From: an uncultured delta proteobacterium
GTDB taxonomy: Bacteria; Myxococcota; B64-G9
Direction of reading: 5' to 3'
Length of the DNA: 64,000 nucleotides
NCBI GenBank assembly: GCA_963754925.1
Contig: CAVWHX010000009.1
Location: 96,001 to 160,000 of the forward strand
The notes beneath the pieces were generated by a model, which worked only from the letters and a program-made list of their open reading frames with translations, was not told the origin of the DNA and ran no database searches. The position numbers and the translations under genes were made by a program. Shown piece after piece: positions 56,693 through 64,000 of this stretch (within the stretch, counting starts at the first letter, position 1; the number at the start of each line of letters is the position of its first letter).

Positions 56693-58483
56693 TTACCGCT
56701 CGATCTCCGCGTCATTGCGCGGCCGTTGTTGGTAGCGTGTGTGCAACAAGTGGTGCGATTTTTCACCCAACGGCTTTTTCAGGAACTGTTCGTACAGTTT
56801 CTTGACGGCCGGGTTGTCATGCGATTTGCGCAGGCTCTTGCCTTCGTCCTCCCGGTAGATGGCCTCGATGCGTCTCAGGCGCACCTGGTCGTCGGTATAG
56901 CGCGGCTGACCGCCGCCGCCGATGCAACCGCCGGGGCAGGTCATGACCTCGATGAAGTGATAGCTTTTCTCTCCCGACTTGACCGCCTCGATGACTTTTC
57001 GAGCGTTGCCGAGGCCATGGGCCACGGCCACGTTGACGGTGACGCCCTCCAAAAATCTCCACTCGGGCAGCGTCTTTCCGATGGTCAAGGAAGCTTCCTT
57101 GACGCCGTCGAGACCGGCGATCGGCTTAATATGCAGCCCTGCGAACGGCAATTGTTGGCCAGTTATGATCTCGTAGGCCGTCCGCAGAGCCGCTTCCATT
57201 ACTCCGCCGGTATTGGCGAAGATATCCGCTGCGCCGGTGGATACCCCCAACGGGGCGTCCATTTCTCCATCGGGCAGTGCACCAAATTCAATCCCCGCCT
57301 GCTTGATCATACGCCCCAGCTCGCGGGTGGTAAGAACCACGTCCACGTCCCTAACGCCGCTGGCGTTCATCTCCGGTCGCTGGGCTTCAAACTTCTTTGC
57401 CGTGCAGGGCATGATCGAGACGACCACGATGTCTTCGGCTTTCTTGCCCAGCTTTTCGGCATAAAAGGTCTTGGCGAGCGCCCCGAACATCTGCTGCGGC
57501 GACTTGCAGGTGGAGATGTTCGGCAGAATCTCGGGATAAAAATACTCGGCGTACTTGATCCAGCCCGGCGAGCAACTGGTAAACATCGGCAGCGCCACGG
57601 GTTTTTTGTCCTTGAGCGCTTCGGAAAGCCGAGTCAGCAGCTCGGTGCCTTCCTCCAGGATGGTGAGGTCGGCGGCAAAGTTGGTGTCGAACACGGCGTC
57701 AAAACCCAACCGGCGCAGCGCCGTGATCATCTTGCCGGTGACCAAGGTGCCGGCCGGATAGCCAAAGCATTCGCCCAGGGCGGCGCGAATCGCCGGCGCG
57801 GTTTGGACAACGACATGCTTGGTGGGATCCTCCAAAGCCTTCCACACGGTCTCGATCTGGTCGTTTTCGGTAATGGCTCCCACCGGACAAACGGCCGCGC
57901 ATTGGCCGCATTGCACGCACACCATCTCGTCCAGGTTTTGGCAGAAAGCCGGCCCGATGACGGTTTTCAGGCCGCGGTTTTGCGCAAACAACGCTCCCAC
58001 GCCTTGGTTCTGGGCGCAGACGGTGACGCAGCGCCGACACAGTACGCACTTGCCGGTATCGCGGATAATGGCCGGCGTGCTGGTATCTTTGTACTTGCGG
58101 CTCATTTCGCCCGGGAAGTGAATCTCGCGGATTCCCGCCTCACGCGCGAGCGCCTGCAGTTCGCAATCGTCGTTACGGTCGCAGGTCTGACAATCGCCTT
58201 CATGATCGGACAGCAAAAGCTCCAGCACCGCCCGGCGGGCGTCGCGCACCCGCTGCGTCGTCGTATGCACCTTCATGCCTTCGGACACCGGCATGGCGCA
58301 GGAAGCCATGAGAGAACGGGCGCCCTCGACTTCCACTAAGCACACGCGGCAGGCGCCCATGGGGGTTGAGTTTTCAAGGAAGCAGAGGGTCGGGATGTTG
58401 ATTCCCGCCTGCCGGGCCGCCTTGAGGATGGTCGTGTCCTTCGGGACCTCGACCTTGATGTTGTCTATGCTTAAGCTTGGCAT
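56693..58483 (-). CDS. hydA: Multimeric (group A3-type) [FeFe]-hydrogenase catalytic subunit
   Basis: [2Fe-2S], His-ligated and 2x[4Fe-4S] F-clusters; FTSCSPGW, MPCTAKKFE, EVMTCPGGCIGGGGQP; KSHDNP. Confidence 0.93.
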   Translation of the reverse strand: MPSLSIDNIKVEVPKDTTILKAARQAGINIPTLCFLENSTPMGACRVCLVEVEGARSLMASCAMPVSEGMKVHTTTQRVRDARRAVLELLLSDHEGDCQTCDRNDDCELQALAREAGIREIHFPGEMSRKYKDTSTPAIIRDTGKCVLCRRCVTVCAQNQGVGALFAQNRGLKTVIGPAFCQNLDEMVCVQCGQCAAVCPVGAITENDQIETVWKALEDPTKHVVVQTAPAIRAALGECFGYPAGTLVTGKMITALRRLGFDAVFDTNFAADLTILEEGTELLTRLSEALKDKKPVALPMFTSCSPGWIKYAEYFYPEILPNISTCKSPQQMFGALAKTFYAEKLGKKAEDIVVVSIMPCTAKKFEAQRPEMNASGVRDVDVVLTTRELGRMIKQAGIEFGALPDGEMDAPLGVSTGAADIFANTGGVMEAALRTAYEIITGQQLPFAGLHIKPIAGLDGVKEASLTIGKTLPEWRFLEGVTVNVAVAHGLGNARKVIEAVKSGEKSYHFIEVMTCPGGCIGGGGQPRYTDDQVRLRRIEAIYREDEGKSLRKSHDNPAVKKLYEQFLKKPLGEKSHHLLHTRYQQRPRNDAEIER

Positions 58484-58489
58484 GGCTCG

Positions 58490-61400
58490 TTATCTCCCTT
58501 CCACGTTGCTTGCACATTCGCGATAGTCGCATCTCAGGCAGCGCTTCGTCTCCGAGAGCGCCACGGCTTTCGCCCAGGTCAGCTCCACCTCGTCGAAGCC
58601 CCTGCGCTTCGCCACGGGAATCATCTTCGTGGCCGGCCGGTTGCCCAGCACCGGGTCCGCGTTGGGGTCGAACTTCGTGTTCACGAGCCTGTTCTGCCGC
58701 CACGGCGCGTGCATCGCGCCGCTGAAGTATGCGTCGATGCCCACGGCCGCGCGCTCTCCTGCGCCGATGGCCTCCACCACGGAGGAAGGACCCGTCGCGG
58801 CGTCTCCGCCGGCAAAGATCCACTGCACCGAGGTCTGGCCCGTCACGGGATCCGCGTCCAGGTAGTGCCGCTCGTTCAGGCGCACCGTCACACCGTTGCC
58901 GGCGGGGCCGTGGAACAGCGCCCCGGCGTCCAGTGTCTGGCCGATGGCCGCGATCACGAGGTCCGCCATCGCGGTGAAATCGTTCTCACCCTTGGCTACA
59001 GGCTTGCGGCGGCCCGTGCGGTCGAAGTCTCCGAGCGCCATAGTCCTGAACCGCACCGCGTCGACCGCGCCCTTTTTTGCCACGAGCTCCATGGGCGCCG
59101 CGAGGAACTCGAACTTCACCCCCTCGCGCTCCGCCTCGTGGACCTCCTCCTCGTACGCGGGCATCTCGGCCCGGGTGCGCCGGTAGGCCACCGTGGAGCT
59201 GGCAGCGCCCAGCCGCAGGGCCGTGCGCGCGGCGTCGACCGCCGCGTTGCCGCCGCCGATCACTACGACGCTCTGCCCGTCGAGGCACTTGCCGCCCTTC
59301 AAGTTGTACTCCTTGAGGAAGCCCAGGGCATCCACCACGCCCTTCATGTCCTCGCCTTCCATGCCGAGGCCCATGCCCTTGGGCGCGCCGACGCCGAGGA
59401 ACACGGCCTCGTATCCCTCGCCCCGCAGCTGGGCCAGTGAGAAGTCGCGGCCGAGCTTCTTCTTCGTCTTGATCGTGATGCCCAGCTCCGTCATGCCGCG
59501 GATCTCCTTCGCCAGGATGTCGCGCGGCAGCCGGTAGGCCGGGATGGCCTGGATGAGCATGCCGCCCGGCTTATCCTCGGCCTCGAAGACCGTGGGCCGA
59601 TAGCCCAGGCGCGCCAGGAAGTACGCGCACGAGAGCCCCGCGGGCCCGGCGCCGATCACCGCGACCTTGCGCTTCGCATTCGCGGCCGCCGTTGCCATGC
59701 TGTCCGCCGGTGCGGGCGCCTCGAACTCCTTCTCCTGGTCGGCGAGGTACCGCTTCACCGCTCGCACCGAGAGCGGCTCGTCCAGCGTCGAGCGCCGGCA
59801 CTTGCTCTCGCAGGGGTGGAAGCACACCCGGGCGCAGACCGCCACGAAGGGGTTGCGCTCCCGGTGCAGCCGCAGCGCCTCGGGGTAACGCTTCTCGCCC
59901 GTGAGGCTCACGAAGCCCGGGATGTCCACGCCCGCCGGGCACGCGTTCTGGCAGGGCGCGCGCACGAGATCGGCGCACACGCCGGCCCGGCACTTCTTGT
60001 CGCGGATGTGCTCCACGAACTCTTCGCGGAAGTAGCGGATGTTGGACAGGACCGGGTTCGGCGCGGTCTGGCCCAGGCCGCAGAGGGACGTGTCCTTGAT
60101 GATCTGCCCCAGCTCGATCAGCCGCTCGATGTCGCCCTCCTCGCCCTTGCCCGCGCAGATGCGGTTGAGGATCTCGAGCATGCGCAGCGTACCCACGCGG
60201 CACGGCGTGCACTTACCGCAGGACTCGTCCTGCGTGAACTCCAGGAAGAACCGGGCCATGTCGACCATGCAGGAGTCCTCGTCCATGACGATGAGACCGC
60301 CCGATCCCATGATGGCGCCCAGCTCCGTGATCGACTCGTAGTCCACGGGCACGTTGAGGTGTTCCTTGGGGATGCACCCGCCCGAGGGCCCGCCGATCTG
60401 CGCCGCCTTGAACTTCTTCCCGTTGGGGATGCCGCCGCCGATGTCGTAGATGATCTCCCCGAGGGGAACGCCCATGTTCACCTCGACGAGGCCGACGTTG
60501 TTCACCTTGCCGGTGAGCGCGAAGATCTTCGTGCCCGGGCTCTTCGGCGTGCCCACCGAGCGGAACCATTCCGACCCGTTGGCCACGATGAGCGGCACGT
60601 TGGCCAGCGTCTCCACGTTGTTGAGCACCGAGGGCTTCTCCCACAAGCCCGCCACCGGCGGGAAACGGCGGCCGCGGGCGGGGCTCGCCGCGCTTGCCCT
60701 CGATGGAGCGCATGAGGGCCGTCTCCTCTCCGCACACGAACGCACCCGACCCGCGGGAGATCTCGATGTCGAAATCGAAGCCCGTGCCGAGGATGTCCTT
60801 CCCGAGCAGGCCGCGCTCGCGGCACTGGTCGATGGCGAGGGTCAGGCGTTCGATGGCGAGCGGGTACTCGGCGCGGCAGTAGATGTAGCCCTGGCTCGCG
60901 CCGATGGCCCGCGCGCCGATGATCATGCCCTCGAGCACCGCGTGCGGGTCGCTCTCCAGGACGCTGCGGTCCATGAACGCGCCGGGGTCGCCCTCATCGG
61001 CGTTGCACAGGAAGTACTTGCGGTCGGCCTGTGCCTTGGAGGCGAGCTCCCACTTCACGCCCGCGGGGAAGCCCGCGCCGCCGCGGCCGCGAAGGCCCGA
61101 GGCCTTCATGGTGTCGATGATCCCCTGCGGGGTCATTTCCAGCAGCGCCTTCGCCGTGGCGATGTACCCGCCGCGGCCGATGTACTCCTCGATGCTCGTG
61201 GCCGAGATCCTGCCCTTATTGTGCAATACGCGCAGGTTTTGGCGCGAGAAGAACGGGATGTCGGCGTAGTGCGGGATCACGGCCTGGGTCACGGGGTGGC
61301 GGAACATCAGCCGCTCCACCGGGCGGCCCTTCAGCACGTGCTCCTCGACCAGCTCGGGCATGTCCTCGGGCGTGAGCTTCTGGTAGAAGTAACCGCCCGG

Positions 61401-61625
61401 GTACACCACCAGGATCGGGCCGCAGGCGCAGAAGCCGTTGCAGCCCGTGGAGACCACGGAGACCTCGCCCGAGGAGCGCGCGGTATCCATGTCCCTGATC
61501 GCCACCTCGTCCATGAGCTCTCGCGCGGCCAGCTCCTTCACCAGCGCCTCGCGCACCTTCTCGGCTCCCGAGGAAACGCAGCCAGTGCCGAAGCACATCA
61601 GCAGGTGCATGCGTGTGGTCTTCAT
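58490..61625 (-). CDS. hydB: HydB/NuoF-like FMN/NADH subunit fused to a GltD-like FAD/NAD(P)H oxidoreductase; frameshift ~60655
   Basis: [32 protein letters not shown], then in a second frame [52 protein letters not shown]. Removing one G in GCCGGTGGC restores [15 protein letters not shown]. Confidence 0.9.
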
Positions 61626-62035
61626 GAACGTTCCCCCTTTCCCTTCGCTGCGGCGTCAGAGGGCTCGTTGCCCATATATACGACGTACGCGCTCGCGTTC
61701 TTGCCCGCGATGGTCTTCTGGAACACCTCGCGGACCTTCTCCGCGTCGAGGTGCCCGTAGAGCACCGGCTGGGCGTCAAGGGTTTCCACGGTCATGACCG
61801 GCTCGTGCGCGCAGGCGCCGATGCAGCCCGACGTGGTGAGCCGGATGTCCGTGCGGCCGCTCGCTTCAATCTCCGTGGCCAGGGCGTTCATGACCTCGCG
61901 GGCGCCGCTAGCAATCCCGCACGTTCCCATGTGCACGGTGAAGCACATGCGGTAGCCGTCTTCGCGGAGAGCGGTCTTCTTCTGCGCCTCGTCCCTGATG
62001 GCGAGGATGTCTTTGAGGCTCCTGATCTTAGGCAT
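61622..62035 (-). CDS. Thioredoxin-like [2Fe-2S] ferredoxin subunit (HydD/HndB-like)
   Basis: MPKIRSL...HMGTCGIASGA...SGCIGACAHEP. Confidence 0.85.
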   Translation of the reverse strand: MPKIRSLKDILAIRDEAQKKTALREDGYRMCFTVHMGTCGIASGAREVMNALATEIEASGRTDIRLTTSGCIGACAHEPVMTVETLDAQPVLYGHLDAEKVREVFQKTIAGKNASAYVVYMGNEPSDAAAKGKGERS

Positions 62036-62639
62036 GGACCTTCCCTCCTTCCTTCTTCGCACTGCGCGCTGCGGCCGCGGTTATCTTCACGGCCAGCTTC
62101 TTCGCCGGCGCCTTCTTGGTCGTCGTCGCCGGCGCGGAGTACTTTGCGAGGATCTCGCGAACGCGCGCGGGGCGCACACGCTTGTAGACCTCTTCGTCGA
62201 TGCACATGGCGGGGGCGAGGCCGCACGCGCCGAAGCAGCGGGCCACCTCGAGGCTGAACATGCCGTCCTTCGACGTCTCGCCCACCTCTATGCCCAGCTC
62301 CCGGCGCATGGCCTCCAGCACCTGCTTGCCGCCCCGCACGTAGCAGGCGGTGCCGAGGCAGACGCGGATCACGTGCTTGCCGCGGGGCTGCGTCGAGAAG
62401 AAGGCGTAGAAGCTGACCACACCCGCCACCTCGCTGTAGGGCTTCTTCAGTTCTTCGGCAATGCGTTTCAGCACGGGCATCGGCAAGTAGCCGCCGTAGA
62501 TTCCCTGGGCGATTTGCAGCACCGGAATAAGCGCTCCGGGCTTGTTTTTGTGCTCCTTGAGCACATCGTCGAGCCGAGCCAGCAGCTCGGTCTCGCTGGC
62601 CTGTTCACACGCACAGGCGCTTTTTGTTACAGACGCCAT
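62028..62639 (-). CDS. hydC: HydC/NuoE-like [2Fe-2S] subunit
   Basis: LIPVLQIAQ, GVVSFY, CLGTACYVRG, RCFGACGLAP; Lys/Ala-rich tail. Confidence 0.9.
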   Translation of the reverse strand: MASVTKSACACEQASETELLARLDDVLKEHKNKPGALIPVLQIAQGIYGGYLPMPVLKRIAEELKKPYSEVAGVVSFYAFFSTQPRGKHVIRVCLGTACYVRGGKQVLEAMRRELGIEVGETSKDGMFSLEVARCFGACGLAPAMCIDEEVYKRVRPARVREILAKYSAPATTTKKAPAKKLAVKITAAAARSAKKEGGKVHA

Positions 62640-62667
62640 GTCTCCTCCTTTTTGTTTTTCATCGTTG

Positions 62668-63213
62668 CTAAGCCACTAATATTAATTCCGCCATACCGCG
62701 TTTGACGTTCTCCGATACCCGACGTGCCAGGGATAGCCCACTCCGGCTGTAAGCCGGCAACTCTTTGGCCAATACGGCGCTATTCACCACACATTCCTTT
62801 CCATCGACCTTCAATCGACATACCAATTCAAGCCCGGGGTTGGTGCACACCATCGACGACAGCGTGGCCGCCAGGTCTCCGAGCGGGCAGCGATCAACGT
62901 GTCTGAGTTTCAAGGAGGCCTGCACCGAGGCACCGCCGAGCTCGGACGTACCGATCTCAAACGAGCCGCCGGTCCGCTCGGCCGCCGCCTTGAAGAGGCT
63001 CAGCCCAAGTCCGGTTTTTTTTCCGGGCTTCGTGGTGTAAAACGGATCCGTGACCTTTTCGATGGGGTCTTGAATGCCGAAACCATTGTCTTCTACCTTA
63101 ATGATCAGCCAATCCCGTTCTTGATCCTGGATCACCGTCACCGCCACCATTGTTGCGCCCGCTCGAATGGAGTTCTCCAGCAAATCTAGGATGTGGAGCG
63201 ATAGGTCACGCAC
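62668..63213 (-). CDS. HATPase_c (kinase-like) protein associated with hydrogenase operons
   Basis: LSLHILDLLENSIRAGA, DNGFG, DPFYTT, GLGL, HVDRCPLGD; no H-box. Confidence 0.8.
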   Translation of the reverse strand: MRDLSLHILDLLENSIRAGATMVAVTVIQDQERDWLIIKVEDNGFGIQDPIEKVTDPFYTTKPGKKTGLGLSLFKAAAERTGGSFEIGTSELGGASVQASLKLRHVDRCPLGDLAATLSSMVCTNPGLELVCRLKVDGKECVVNSAVLAKELPAYSRSGLSLARRVSENVKRGMAELILVA

Positions 63214-63940
63214 GGCGACACTCCCGTCCGCCCTGGCCGCGCACCGCCAGGACCAACTCGTTGAAATTCGGCTCGTACGACCACAATCGGGTCCGACTTT
63301 TTCCCAGTTCCGATAGAAAATGCGCGTCCGACGAAGACAACACTGGTAACGCCAATTGTTCGATCTGCCGAGCCCATAACGATCGGGCCAGGTACGCGGT
63401 CACTTCGATGGCGTCAAAACCCGCGTCCGCCGGGAAGAAGCCCAGTTGTCCGTAAATGCCGAAGGATGGCCGATCCACGTGGGCCGCCACCGCCAGTCCG
63501 CGATGGCGCTTGATGAGATCAATCGCCGCGTTGAGCTCCAGGCCAGAGCTGCTCGAGAGCAGCCGAGGCTCGAAAGCGGTCGGTTCGCCTTGGTCATCAA
63601 ACACCAGTTGCGCTTCCTGCCCCTTGTGCTCGGTCGAGATCAGCGGTACATTCGTCGAGAACTCGGCCGCAGCAGCCTCGGCCGCACGAGCGTCGGGGAA
63701 GAGCCCCACCACGTGGACTTCTTCGGTGGTGGTGATTTCCATACCCGCTAGAACACAGAGCCGCGACCCGGCCACCGCTTGGACGGCCGCAACGTTGTGA
63801 GCAGCATTGTGGTCACAGATAGCAATCATCGAAAGTCCTTGTAGAAGCGCTTGTTCAACAATCCTCCGGGGCGTCATCTCCCGGTCAGCGCACGGGGAGA
63901 GCGCGGTATGAACATGGAGGTCGGCGAAAAACGCTTTCAC
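63206..63940 (-). CDS. PHP-domain phosphoesterase
   Basis: DLHVHTALSPC, ICDHN, AHVDR, SSDAH. Confidence 0.88.
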   Translation of the reverse strand: MKAFFADLHVHTALSPCADREMTPRRIVEQALLQGLSMIAICDHNAAHNVAAVQAVAGSRLCVLAGMEITTTEEVHVVGLFPDARAAEAAAAEFSTNVPLISTEHKGQEAQLVFDDQGEPTAFEPRLLSSSSGLELNAAIDLIKRHRGLAVAAHVDRPSFGIYGQLGFFPADAGFDAIEVTAYLARSLWARQIEQLALPVLSSSDAHFLSELGKSRTRLWSYEPNFNELVLAVRGQGGRECRRA

Positions 63941-64000
63941 GCATTTCGTCCTCTTAACCCCAACTGATACAGCCTTCCTACGATATCGAACGCGGTCTCG
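63937..64000 (-). CDS. C-terminus of an upstream gene (probably a DRTGG-domain protein), partial
   Basis: ETAFDIVGRLYQLGLRGRNA*; its stop overlaps the PHP GTG start. Confidence 0.5.
   Translation of the reverse strand, partial: ETAFDIVGRLYQLGLRGRNA

Noticed and set aside
56660..61760. Long plus-strand ORFs (559, 299, 436 aa) over hydA/hydB
   Set aside because: Antisense shadows in high-GC coding DNA.

Overview
A compositionally mosaic 64 kb bacterial window that looks like an anaerobe MAG or scaffold. AT-rich and very GC-rich blocks alternate, and many genes are broken by single-base homopolymer indels that are probably sequencing errors. From left to right: (1) a two-gene DUF6932-like nucleotidyltransferase + HTH-ImmA/IrrE operon whose first gene is split by an intact IS3/IS407-type element with a 4-bp target duplication; (2) EcsC, a large SPFH protein with repeated N-terminal modules, penicillin acylase, a 267-bp IS1-like MITE, PlsC, VOC, MBL hydrolase, a PAS hybrid kinase and NmrA/ADH/AKR; (3) perR/fur-katG, tRNA-Asn, a PQQ-repeat lipoprotein, a PD-(D/E)XK-DinG helicase, glgX and an APC permease; (4) a surface-polysaccharide island (GT2s, GT-C-like protein, O-acyltransferase, rmlC/rmlD-like genes, three methyltransferases) with nested IS3/IS21 remnants; (5) a ~16.5 kb co-oriented [FeFe]-hydrogenase locus: DRTGG-like/PHP/kinase-like genes, hydC-hydD-hydB-hydA (HydB fused to a GltD-like FAD/NADPH domain), a sensory [FeFe]-hydrogenase-histidine kinase with two receiver proteins, and hydE-aspA-hydF-hydG. 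The best leads are the hydrogenase/H2-sensing locus, the NTase-HTH/IrrE pair and the repeat-containing SPFH protein. No CRISPR array or rRNA was seen. All assignments come from motif recognition, not database searches.
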